DNA of 61,697 nt, filler included, from Stramenopiles sp. TOSAG23-2 (GCA_900128395.1; 17 parts of 17 records of this genome joined end to end with filler, not necessarily neighbours in it); one strand, 5' to 3'. Counted from the whole stretch's first letter, positions 11,153-22,952 are shown. Numbers and translations: made by a program. Notes: generated by a model not told the origin, from the sequence alone.

Positions 11153-12600
11153 GATCGTTCAACTCCAACGCGGCTTGTCGTCTGTTGTTCTCGTTTCTGT
11201 TGCGGTGTTGAGGCGCTGGCGCTAAGAATGGATTCTCGTCGTCTTCGGGAAGTTGTCTTTTCACGACATCTTGGTAGTCCTCGAAAGAGATATGCGCGAA
11301 CATATTCGCGGCGTTTTTTCCTTTGTATGAATCGAGATTCGTGCTTCGCGTCATTTGCCACGTCACGGGGTTCAATTCCGCGTAGATTTTATCACGCTCG
11401 TCTTCCTCACGCTTCCACTCCTCACTATTCGTCGGTCTGTTCAAAATAATATTCAACCTCTTATATTCGTCGCACACCCTTTGCGCGATGGGTTTCATCC
11501 AAGACAAAATTCGATCCGGTCGCCACAAGTAATGATGTCTCTCTGCAAAGAGTTTGCACGCAAATTCATAGCTCGCATTATTGACTTCGGTACTCTCCTT
11601 GATTGTCTTTTCGAAGTATTCCGAGCGCTCGATAATTTCAAACCATTCCACGTCTCGCGTTTTCAAGTCGAGTTTTTCGACTAAGAAGTGTAAAGCTAAC
11701 GGGTGTTGCATTATAGCTTGACGCATGGCCTCGTCGGCTACATTTGATTTTGTTTTGCTCTGTTCGTCTTGCAACTTCAAACACATGGCATAGGAGTAAA
11801 CAAAGTTTGGTCTATACCACATGTCGAACGGCGATACTCTTCGTTCTAACACCGACGAGAGGAACTCTTGCAACCACTTTAACTTTTCCTCGTCACCACA
11901 TCGAAGCGCCACGTAATCAATGATGAATCCGACGCAAAAATAATCTTTGGGCTCGACGCCAAAGAGAAATTTGGACATCTCTAACGCGGCATTGTAACAG
12001 CCTCGTCTGGTCAACGAACAACACTGTTTGAACAACGCTTTTAAAAACGTCTTTTCCCTGGATTGGTCCCACATCTCGATGATTTCTTCTAATCTCTCTC
12101 GACGATCGCTCAGTTCGTCCGTCATGTCAAAAATGCTCTCGTGTTCGTCTTCGTCATCAATGAATGCTTGGCATGGCGGATCGATGGGAATCCTCGCCGT
12201 CCCTTTCTTCACGTCTGCAATGAAATCTTTGTGAAACGACTTCTCAAACGCCGCTAAACACTGCTCGATAGCGTCTGACCCTTTATCTGCGTCACCAACT
12301 ACCATATGCACGTCGCTAATTGCCAACAAGGACTCCGCGTGTAAAGGATACTTCATCAAAAGATGCGTAATTGCTCTCGGATCGTGCGTTTCTCTCGCTT
12401 TCTCGAACAACTCGTTCGCGTCTTCATACGCAGCTCCGGTTGAGAACTGATAATAGGATATTTCATCATTATCTTCTTCATCGTACGCCACATCGCCTCT
12501 AAACTTCTCCTCCACTCTTTTTGTCTTCTTCATCGCTAACCCAATTGCCCGCGACTTGTTCGACCATCCCGCTTTCGGTTTCGCGAAGACGCTACTACCA

Positions 12601-12634
<34 letters not shown>

Positions 12635-12644
12635 GATTACTACT
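11153..12644 (-). CDS. TCF25: TCF25/Rqc1 ribosome quality-control protein, partial
   Basis: YPLHAESLL, LTRRGCYNAALEMSKFLF, IIDYVALR, PNFVYSYA motifs. Confidence 0.85.
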
Positions 12645-13700
12645 NNNNNNNNNNNNNNNNNNNNNNNNNNNNNNNNNNNNNNNNNNNNTTAATTAATTAA
12701 NNNNNNNNNNNNNNNNNNNNNNNNNNNNNNNNNNNNNNNNNNNNCTTGTACGATGTTGTGCATAAGTTCCTATACTAGAATGATTGCTATTTGTATATTC
12801 ATACCCGTTCATATTTATCAATTTGATGACGAGATAACGTGACAGTTGTTGTATGTTATTTCCTGTTCTTCAATATTATTTTCATACATATACATATATA
12901 CTGTGGATAATTTTATATCCTCGCCGTTATATTCATTTTCCAACAGTTAGATGCATTATTATTGCACTATTGGTAACATATTATATAGTATAAGTCTTGT
13001 AACGCAACTAACTACTTCTGGCCTGCCAGGCCTGCTGCGCCTGGTAGAAATGTACAAATAACTGCTGCTATAATATAAGATCCAGTTTTAGGTTTTTTAG
13101 GCATATCTGGCATACTGGCATACCAGTTACCAGTTTAAGTTAGCTTAGTAGTACAGTATCATCACGCTACTGTACTTTTTAGATAATGCTGTTGTCGTCT
13201 ATTATCCAGATTGGAATTACCATGACACCATGACACCAGCAAGTTTCTTTTCCCCCGTAAGTATAACTTAATTGTATACATAATTACTATACTATATATT
13301 TATATTGCCCCTACCCCTAATAGAATACTACGGATTTAACACCAAATTCCAACTTTTTTATTATTAGCGAATCAGATACAGACTTTGTAATGTATTTTTT
13401 ACTCAAGACGTTGTTCTCCCTGTACCAGGTAATAATTAATATAATAATACTAGTAATTTTTCATCATGATGATGTTACTACTACTGTTATTTATTATATT
13501 ATAATATGTATATATATTCGAAATTATTCATAGTATAAGTCACCTTACTATAGATTGAGAAATTTGTTGTCCTGGAAAGAAATTGTATTTAAAGTTGCAG
13601 TGTAGTTGATATCGTTCAAGCATAGTGTCTTTGTGTATTGTTTGTGTGTATACCACATTCAAATTATTTTTGCTAACCATATTTTTGTGATAGTTACAAA

Positions 13701-14235
13701 ATGTATACAACAATTCAAACAGTGTTTTATGTTTTCATTAGTCAGATAATATTGACTAAAATAATTGTAGTTAATAGCCAAAGTACTGTAGCCATATCCG
13801 ATTGTCAAAATGGATGTAGTGGTCACGGTGTTTGCTCTAATAGCCCCTACTTTATTTGTAGTTGTGATGAAGGTTGGGGAGCAACTACTGATCTTGCTGA
13901 CTATAAAACACCTGATTGCTCTTTGCGTTCATGCCCTGGTGGAAGAAGTTGGTTTAGTATACCTACTAGTACTGTTGCAGCACATTCTATGAAAGAATGT
14001 TCTGGGAATGGCGTTTGCCAACGAGATTTAGGAGAATGTCTATGTTTTCCACCATGGACAGGCGCTGCTTGTGATCGAATAGAATGTTTCTCGCAATGTT
14101 CCGGTCACGGGAAGTGTTTAACAATGCGAGAATATGCTTCACTTGATACAGCATTTCCTTTGACGTCTAGTGCTGGCTCATATACTGGTTTAGACGATAC
14201 AACGTGGGATGCCACTTTAGTTTCCGGTTGCCACT
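13701..14235 (+). CDS. Secreted EGF/tenascin-like protein of the stramenopile mastigoneme (SIG/Ocm-like) type, 3'-truncated
   Basis: Signal peptide; CSGHGVC...DCSLRSCPGGRSW...AH..KECSGNGVC.R..GEC.CF..WTGAACDR..C...CSGHGKC. Confidence 0.75.
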
Positions 14236-14335
14236 NNNNNNNNNNNNNNNNNNNNNNNNNNNNNNNNNNNNNNNNNNNNTTAATTAATTAANNNNNNNNN
14301 NNNNNNNNNNNNNNNNNNNNNNNNNNNNNNNNNNN

Positions 14336-15222
14336 ACAAATGTGTCATGCCATATCGTCGTTCTGTATTTAAAGCTACATCGAAAAATTTTTACGATGGT
14401 TGGAGTTCGTTGAAAGAATTGGTTTTTAACCCTGAATATCCTTCAGCTGAGGGATTGTATACAAATGCAATTGTTAGCTTGCCATTAGTTAATAATTTTC
14501 TAATAGGATTTCCAAAACGTTTTAATGGTATTCGACATCGGGTAAAAGAACATCCTGAACCAGGCGTAAGCGATACAACTATTATTACTAGCAATGGTGA
14601 TGGATTAACATGGAATAGAGAATTCAAAGCTGCATGGTTACGCCCTGGAAGATCGACCAGAAATTGGTCTCAACGATCAAATATGATAGCATCTGGGATT
14701 AGATTTGATAAAAATGAATGGAGTTTATATGGAACAATGCATTATCAATGGGATGATTGTCACATGCAGCGTTTATCAATACGTCCATATGGATTTGCAT
14801 CGGTGTATGGATCCTATGATGGTGGTAATATAGTAACATCTCAAATTGTATTTTCAGATAATATTATTAAAAAAATGGCATCCGAGGATGATAAAAGTAA
14901 ACTTGTTTTGAAAATAAATTATGCTACATCAGCATTTGGATCTATTATGATTGAATTATTAAAAAGTGAAAGTAAGGCTACTAATAATGATGATAATGGG
15001 AAATCGTCATCGGATGATGTAACTAAATTATTGCAATCAAAGACTATGTATGGTGATGATTTAGAGGAAATTGTTATATGGGAGAAAACGAAAGAAGGAA
15101 GTGGTGGTGGTGGTGATGATATTAAAGATATTATTTTGAATTCAAAGAAATCGGGACATATGCTATTTTTGAAATTCAATTTAGAAGATGCCGATGTATT
15201 TGCATGGAAATTTGATGTTTGA
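14336..15222 (+). CDS. Bacterial-type beta-propeller glycoside-hydrolase-like protein, C-terminal part
   Basis: LYTNA..IGFPKRF..SD...S.DG.TW.R....WLRPG..NW..RSNM...SLY..HY...R..GFASV..GG..VT..L.INYATSA.GS pattern, which I recognise from uncharacterised bacterial (PVC-type) proteins. Confidence 0.6.
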
Positions 15223-16725
15223 GGGTGTTATTTTACACGTATCATCACATAAATTAAATTTTGGTGTTCGTGTGTGTAAAAATAAAATTACAAAAAAAAT
15301 ATTTGTACGAATTCGTAATGTATCTCAATATCATACCGCATTTACAGTACGAATACTTGTTTTATCTCCCCCCTCTACTCCTGAATGGAGCAATTGTGAT
15401 TCTCCTCATCATGTAAATCTATATCCGGATGTGGTATAGGATGGATTTCTCATAAATTAATGAAATATTTATTTTTTTTGGGCCAACGTTACTTTTGGCA
15501 TTTGCATTTTGTCAAAAATACCATAGTCAATAGTCTAGTATGTACAAACATACCTATTATAATTAGGTAGAAAATCTAGAAAGCACCCCCACACACACAT
15601 GTGCTCCTCATCATAAAAGTTGAAAAATATTTTTGTCATGTGTCATATACAAAATATTTCTCATCTTATTAGTATGGATATTGGTACACTGACATTCCAA
15701 TCACTTTTCATTTTGTATACTATCAAGTGACATTTGACTCTATTAAAACAATTTTTCAACCTTAATAATTTTTCAATCAACCTTAATATTTTTTTATTTT
15801 TTTTTTGTTTTTGTTTGTTCGTTGGANNNNNNNNNNNNNNNNNNNNNNNNNNNNNNNNNNNNNNNNNNNNTTAATTAATTAANNNNNNNNNNNNNNNNNN
15901 NNNNNNNNNNNNNNNNNNNNNNNNNNTTATAGTTCCTAAAGATAGTATTATATCTATGTATCATTTTCCATTATATTATGTCTATTTATTTCATTATTAT
16001 TATTCTTTCAAGTACCTTAATTATTACATATTATTTACTTTATTATTAGTTATATTTAGTTAGTAATTTTAAGTGATTCATAATTTTTAACTTATCAATT
16101 GTTGTTTTATAGTAAGAACCTATTCGTAAGAATGTTTTGGGATTATAATGCTATTCCTATGCTAATATTTCGTTTGGTCGAAATTTTCGGATATTTGCTA
16201 TTTTTTCACAAATATATGAAAAATAAAATTGGCATTTTAGAAAACGATATTTACATATTTCCCCCATAGTGAATAGTGTTAATTTGTTAGTGCACAGCTT
16301 ACCAGGCTTACTGGCTTACCACAGGCTTTTTTTTACCTACCCTCGTCGTCGTAAAAAATTAGTTTTTTGACTATTTAAGTACGAATTTAATACTCTAAAG
16401 GAGTATATCATAATATCATATTTAACGACAGCACAAAGCACAAAGCACACAGCCTTTTTTTTCTTCTTCAGCATAAGCTAAGGAGCACATAAAAGCACCA
16501 CAACAACAACTTTGTTGATGAAACAACTACACTGGTACACTACAAAAAAAAAAAGTACCACCCACCAGACTAATATACATGTATTCTGGTATTCTGGTAT
16601 TATTGGCAACGCACCAAATATTAAATGTAAAAATTAACTGTTGTCCAGCTGGCCAGAAAATAAGAGAAAAAGACAAATAATAACGGGAAGCAATCATTCA
16701 ACATTCCTTGTTTCCATCTGAATGA

Positions 16726-17416
16726 ATGCGTACTGTTATAACCAACATGATATTCCACCACCACTATCACCACCACAGAAACCCATCATTTGCCATCATC
16801 ATCTTTTGTATAATAATAATAATAACAATTTCATCTTCGATACTAACCTTCGTAACATCAACATTTTCTTCAACAAATATCAAGAATATAATAAACAATC
16901 ATAGTGAGCAACAACTTGTGTATACTATTCCCATTACAATCATCGATCAAAATTTAAAGAAAAACTTTCATCTAAACCATAAAAATTTGCCACTCGCTCT
17001 AGAATACGCAACATTGTTTTGCACAGAGAATAATATCCATGATAAACGATGTCCACCACAAATTGTAAACAAACTTATTATCGATAATCATATCAAATAT
17101 AATGAAAAACAAATAAAAAAAATTTTGAAAAATAACTATTTCACATTGGAAAAAAAGATTGAAATACACAAGTTAAATGAAAATGTAAACACACAGTACG
17201 ACAATTACAAATTATTGTCGTACATGAATGGAAATAAATGTTTTTCGATGACAGATACTAATAATGCAGAAATCATACAATCAGAAGAAACAAATATAAT
17301 AAATACAATTTCCAAGTTAACACCTGCTCAAATTGAATTCAATGAATTATTTGGTCTTTCTGCATTTCAGCAACTTGACGTAACAAATGCAATTAATTGC
17401 TATAACATGTTACTCC
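16726..17416 (+). CDS. Hypothetical protein with N-terminal transmembrane anchor, 3'-truncated
   Basis: Open frame runs to the contig end; hydrophobic stretch FAIIIFCIIIIITISSSIL. Confidence 0.5.
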
Positions 17417-17516
17417 NNNNNNNNNNNNNNNNNNNNNNNNNNNNNNNNNNNNNNNNNNNNTTAATTAATTAANNNNNNNNNNNNNNNNNNNNNNNNNNNN
17501 NNNNNNNNNNNNNNNN

Positions 17517-19006
17517 TTCACAGATGATTTACTTCTTCCATTATTTGTACCACGTAATTCATTCCATTTCTCACGTAATTCACCACATTTTTTAATAATA
17601 TTTGCATTCCACATTGTACCAATTGCTAATAATGTAAAGCCAGTGTAAGTAAAGATAATAGTAAATAAAATACCAATTGGTGATAAATTAAACATATTTT
17701 CATCTGCTAATGGTACGCAATTATCACAATTACATGGTTCCACTTGATCCGGTGGTGTGCCACCTTCAATCGTTTCCTTTACAATGTATTTCAACGTATC
17801 ATTTGATAATTGTGGATATTCTGGCCAATATGGTGGTAACATCCCATCTTTTTCTTGATATTGCCAATCTGCTGGTGCACTGTTGTTTCCAGGTACGCAA
17901 CATGGTATCGTGCAAACAAATTGTGTACTGGATAACAAACAATCTGCACTCCATGATACATTTACACGTGGAAATAAACCATATTGTGCAGAAGGATCAC
18001 CACACCATGGCCATATATTTGTATCATTTAATACATGCCGTGTTAAATCAGCACAGATTAACGGTGCAGCAATCATTGTTAAAATAAATGGTCCATATTT
18101 TTGACAACATGTACCAAAACGATATTTAATACCATTTGCTATAAAGATATTGACAACAATCATCATTGTTACTGTAACGCCAAATGAAATATAATGCCCA
18201 AGTGTTCTAGCAAAACCACTAACAGTTCCACTAACTAAACTAACCACAAGGGCAGGCCAACATCACGCACCAATTAATGCAGGTATCGATAGAACCAGGC
18301 TGTGGTGAATGGTTTGTATTGTGTTGTTAGTAATTTTTTGATTATTATTATTATTATTAATGTTTATTATATATATATAGATATGTTGTATATAGAAACA
18401 AAATTTACATACGTTGCAATCGAAAAGATTAATGATTTACGTTCAGCTGCTTCATTTTCTGTTTTAGAATTTGCTTCATCCTCTGTATCTAATGTTAACA
18501 TGGTTCCGTAAGACGTTGCATCTTCGTCTTCATCACCTAAACTATCTCCATTTAAAGCTTTTTTAATTAAATTATATAAGTTTTCTTCTTTTAAATTTGT
18601 ATCAACAAAACCTTCATTTTGTGTTGTTTTTGAATGTACTAATACGTTATTAATAAACACTTCGAAATTACCAGTAGCACCTTCATCTTTCTTACCAACA
18701 ATATTTAATTGTTTAATATTTCTAATAAACTTTTTTTTTATTTTACCCGCTAAGTCCTCAAACCTAGGGGCGTAACCTCAGTCACCACAATATTGTACAA
18801 TAATGTTTACGTTCTATATAATATGTTGGAATAATAATAATTTATATTTTTTTACGTTAGTAAACATGATATATATATATAGGTACATTGTACATAATAA
18901 CTTACTGGTTTTGCAGATAATGCTTGATATGCATGATCTCTACTTCCACCATTGGATACTACTTGTTTTGCTATCCATGAATCGGATGTATGAATTTGAT
19001 GTGTCG
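17517..19006 (-). CDS. Candidate two-Sec selenoprotein: SelW/Rdx domain fused to a multipass membrane domain; exons 19006-18906, 18813-18413, 18299-17517; both ends truncated
   Basis: Introns 18905-18814 (GTAAGT..TACTAAC..TAG, phase 0) and 18412-18300 (GTATGT..TACTAAC..CAG, phase 2) give one frame. Its only stops are TGA 18780-18778 (VQYCGD*GY) and TGA 18265-18263 (IPALIGA*CWP). Rdx signature GNFEVFINNVLVHSK...GFVD. Confidence 0.85.
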
Positions 19007-19454
19007 NNNNNNNNNNNNNNNNNNNNNNNNNNNNNNNNNNNNNNNNNNNNTTAATTAATTAANNNNNNNNNNNNNNNNNNNNNNNNNNNNNNNNNNNNNN
19101 NNNNNNCCTACTATAGTAAAGCTCTAATGCACCTCTGCAAACTAATACTCTACAAGCACAAGTGTAGGTTTCTATCCTTCCACCATGTTCGAACGTTGAA
19201 CGCGTTGGATCAGAGTTAATATATACTGCAAATTTTCGTATCATATCATATCATACTAATACGCCGTTCACCGTTCACACACACCGCTGCCCCCTTTTTA
19301 CTATATATTTCAAACTTCAAACCAAATGCACAGATGCACCACGACAACTATCCATCCTCCCTTCTTATCACATTTTTACACATTTTTTATTTTTATATAT
19401 AATATACGAACGTCGTATGAAATATACATATATAACCATCATTATATACACATT

Positions 19455-19790
19455 TCATTCATCTGCTGGAAAACAACGTATATTTTCATAACTTGCACTT
19501 TTCTTTTTCAAATAATCAAATTCTTTTATTTTACATAATAATGGTGTAGCGACAGACATTTTATATGTGCAAGTAGATGTCTCTGTAATACCCATTATAT
19601 AAGTATGTTGTGAATTTGAACATTCGTATTCAACAAAAACAGCACGTGGTTCATTTGTCAAATCACAACTTGTACCTTTTCCATAATATTGTTTTAATTT
19701 AAAAAATGGATGTGCTCTTTTAAGTGCCGTACCATCAGTTACCATCGCTTTATTTTTATCTTTATCAAATATTCCTAATGTAAATTCCAT
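19455..19790 (-). CDS. OS-9/ERLEC1-like MRH lectin, C-terminal fragment
   Basis: QYYGKGTSCDLTNEPRAVFVEYEC...ITETSTCTYKMSVATPLLC. Confidence 0.75.
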   Translation of the reverse strand: MEFTLGIFDKDKNKAMVTDGTALKRAHPFFKLKQYYGKGTSCDLTNEPRAVFVEYECSNSQHTYIMGITETSTCTYKMSVATPLLCKIKEFDYLKKKSASYENIRCFPADE

Positions 19791-19831
19791 TGTGATTGCA
19801 TCATCTTGATTATTTGATTTTTTATTTTTTT

Positions 19832-20596
19832 CTACGTGAAATTGACGTATCTCATCCAGCTGCTAAAAGTATGTTGGAATTATCCCGTGCACAAGATGAA
19901 GAAGTTGGTGATGGAACAACTAGTGTTATCGTATTGGCAGGGGAGATGTTGGCAGTTGCACGTCCGTTCCTTGAAAGGAACATGCACCCAATCATCATCG
20001 TACGCGCATACAACCAAGCGTTGCAAAAGGCATTAGAAGTTTGTGAAAGTATGGCAAAAACGGTTGATACATCAAAACGTGAAGTATTGTTAAATGTAGT
20101 ACGTTCATGCGTTGGTACTAAATTTGTAAGTCGTTGGGGTGATTTTTTATGTGATTTAGCATTGCAAGCCGTGCAACAAGTTACCATCGATTTGCCAAAT
20201 GGCAAGAAAGAGATTGATATCAAACGTTATGCAAAAGTTGAAAAATTACCAGGTGGTGATTTAAGTGAATGTAGGGTATTAAATGGCGTCATGTTTAATA
20301 AAGATATTACACATTCTAAAATGAGACGTTCAATTAAAAATCCACGTATTTTACTTTTGGATTGTCCATTAGAATACAAAAAAGGTGAAAGTGATGTGAA
20401 CATCGAAGTTATGAAAGATGATGATTGGGATAAATTATTAGCATTGGAGGAAGATTTCATCAAAGACATGTGTGCTAAAATCATTGCATTGAAACCAGAC
20501 GTTGTCATTACGGAAAAAGGTTTAAGTGATTTAGCACAACATTTTTTAATTAAAGCAAATATTAGTTGTATCAGGCGTATCCGTAAAACCGATAAC
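19832..20596 (+). CDS. CCT3: T-complex protein 1 subunit gamma, internal fragment
   Basis: LREIDVSHPAAKSM, QDEEVGDGTTSV, IDIKRYAKVEKLPGG, LLDCPLEYKKGES, RRIRKTDN. Confidence 0.95.
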
Positions 20597-21133
20597 NNNN
20601 NNNNNNNNNNNNNNNNNNNNNNNNNNNNNNNNNNNNNNNNTTAATTAATTAANNNNNNNNNNNNNNNNNNNNNNNNNNNNNNNNNNNNNNNNNNNNTTAG
20701 TTTATATATAGTATCTTTTTTCTATGTCCAATCCAGCAATGTGTTTTTCTTGATGAAGAAGTTGTTGCAGGGCAACCAGGTTGTTTGTTGTTGTTTTGGT
20801 TGTTGAATTTTTTGTTGTTTATGTTCTCTCCAGAAGATGAAGAAAAAATGTAATGCTGTGCCGTTATATTTTTATAACAGTCCTATTGACAGCGTAACTT
20901 AATAATTAAACAATAATAATAGGGGGAAGAACACTATCTTCAGTGGTACAATTTGTGATTAGCTTTATATAAAAATAGATTTTGATGTACCTCCTCCAAA
21001 ATAATATCTTGTGCGTGTGTGTATTTTGTACGAAGTACTTCGTATACTTTACGAGAAGTATATATATAACATATTAAAAAAGGAGTATACTTGTTACTTT
21101 TATAAAATATAACATCATTTTTTTTTAATATTT

Positions 21134-22183
21134 TTATTGGACTTTTGTATCACTTTGTAATGCATCATTTTCTTTCGTGTCAGTATCCTTAGCATCTTCA
21201 CTTTTTTTTTCAAGATCACTCATGGAGGCACCTTCCTCTGTTTTTTCACTATTTTTTGCATCTGCTTTCACTTTACTGTCCTTATCAATTTGCGTATATT
21301 CTACTGTATCCCCAGCCTTTGCTTTTTTATTTTCTATTTCTTTGATTTCTGCGTCGCGCTCATTTTTCTCTTGTAACTTTGTTTGTTCCTCTACTAATTT
21401 TAGGTTTTCTACTCGTGCTTTTTTAGCTTTTTCCTCTTCCACTCTTTCTTTCTTTTCACCTTCCTCTTGTTGACGCATAACCTTTTCACGGTCAATAGTT
21501 TGAAACTTTGGCTTTGGCATATTATCCGCAGTACAGATACATTTGAACAATGGAACTTTAATTGCGTCAAAACTTGTTACTTCAGTACCATCCATAGTTT
21601 GTTCTGGTCCAATACCATATGCTTTATAAATTCGTTCAGAATAACCATTACGTGGTAGAGATGGGAACTCATAATTCTTTAAGAGTGGGCATGCTTTTTC
21701 TGGTTCAACGCGTGCAAATAAATTACGTAATTTCCAGTATACCTTATTGGCGCCACCTTTGATTTGGCTTAAGCAATTGTTGATACGTAATCTTGCTTTT
21801 GCTATTTTTAATAAAGCAGCTTCTGCTAATTTTTTCTTTTGTTCTGCCGCGTTACCATCACGTAATTTTTTACGTTTTTCCATTTCTTTTTTTAGTTCAT
21901 GTTGTTTTTCGATTTTTTGTTCTTCCTTTGCAATAGAATCGTGAACTTCTCTTAGCTGCCCGGAGATCATATCTTTTGCCTTTTCTACCTCTGCCATTTT
22001 CTTTGTAATTTCACCAAGATCTTTAATATTCAAAGGTGGATCGCCTTGACGCTCATTTGCTTGTAGAAATGTTATACGGTCTGCTGGGAATCTAAGTTTA
22101 TTACGATATTTTAGTTGTGCATTTGCTGTAGTAGCTAATAAACAACTTGTTAATACAAGTGCAATTATAATTTGACGTGCCAT
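21134..22183 (-). CDS. Secreted coiled-coil protein of unknown function
   Basis: Signal peptide MARQIIIALVLTSCLLATTANA; two charged coiled-coil regions around a small Cys-containing core. Confidence 0.7.
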   Translation of the reverse strand: MARQIIIALVLTSCLLATTANAQLKYRNKLRFPADRITFLQANERQGDPPLNIKDLGEITKKMAEVEKAKDMISGQLREVHDSIAKEEQKIEKQHELKKEMEKRKKLRDGNAAEQKKKLAEAALLKIAKARLRINNCLSQIKGGANKVYWKLRNLFARVEPEKACPLLKNYEFPSLPRNGYSERIYKAYGIGPEQTMDGTEVTSFDAIKVPLFKCICTADNMPKPKFQTIDREKVMRQQEEGEKKERVEEEKAKKARVENLKLVEEQTKLQEKNERDAEIKEIENKKAKAGDTVEYTQIDKDSKVKADAKNSEKTEEGASMSDLEKKSEDAKDTDTKENDALQSDTKVQ

Positions 22184-22286
22184 GGGNNNNNNNNNNNNNN
22201 NNNNNNNNNNNNNNNNNNNNNNNNNNNNNNTTAATTAATTAANNNNNNNNNNNNNNNNNNNNNNNNNNNNNNNNNNNNNNNNNNNN

Positions 22287-22721
22287 AATGGCTACAGAGA
22301 TGATATGACATTGAAAGAAATGGTGAGTCAAGTCGGTAGAAATAGTGATGGTGATGAATGTTGGACACCTTTAATAATAGCTGCAGAGAACGAACATTTC
22401 CAAGTAGTTAAATATTTGATTGAACAATGTGAAGCTGATCCTAATATTGCAAATAGGCATGGATCGAATGCATTACATTTAGCAGCATATAAGAACAGAA
22501 CGAATACTGATGTGATTGAATTGTTATTAACTCATATGACTCTTGATAGCATTAATAAGAAGAACAGGGGGGGATACACTCCCCTGGACGGGGCATATCA
22601 TAATGATAGTCCAATTCGCCAAGAGATCATTGCACTTTTTCGTTTAAAAGGTGGAAAAGCAAATTATTTTGATGAAAATGGTAGATGGGTAGGAGAAGGT
22701 AATGGTGATTTAAATCATTAA
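22287..22721 (+). CDS. Ankyrin-repeat protein, 5'-truncated
   Basis: TPLIIAAENEHFQVVKYLI, NALHLAA, GYTPLD repeats. Confidence 0.9.
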   Translation, partial: NGYRDDMTLKEMVSQVGRNSDGDECWTPLIIAAENEHFQVVKYLIEQCEADPNIANRHGSNALHLAAYKNRTNTDVIELLLTHMTLDSINKKNRGGYTPLDGAYHNDSPIRQEIIALFRLKGGKANYFDENGRWVGEGNGDLNH

Positions 22722-22952
22722 AACAGAAAGAGAGATATATAAGAGTGGTGTGTGTAGATGTGTTCGCATTGCATGAATGTTGCTTGTACATTTAGTTTAA
22801 AAATACATTTCTATATATATGTTTTACATTCTGTGTACATGTTTTATCATCCTCTCTGACTCTTTTCAATCTTCTACACTCACTCTTCAATTGATGATTC
22901 TCGCCTTTCCACAATTATTGACTTTCTGTAATAGTATTGAATTTGAATGAAG

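Noticed and set aside
18263-18780. Genetic-code reassignment of TGA, or a pseudogene
   Set aside because: TGA ends other genes at expected positions (28626-28628, 15220-15222). The two in-frame TGAs fall precisely in Cys-paired motifs with no other lesions.
1-22186. Functional clustering among genes on the small contigs
   Set aside because: Contigs are ordered by length, so their adjacency has no biological meaning.
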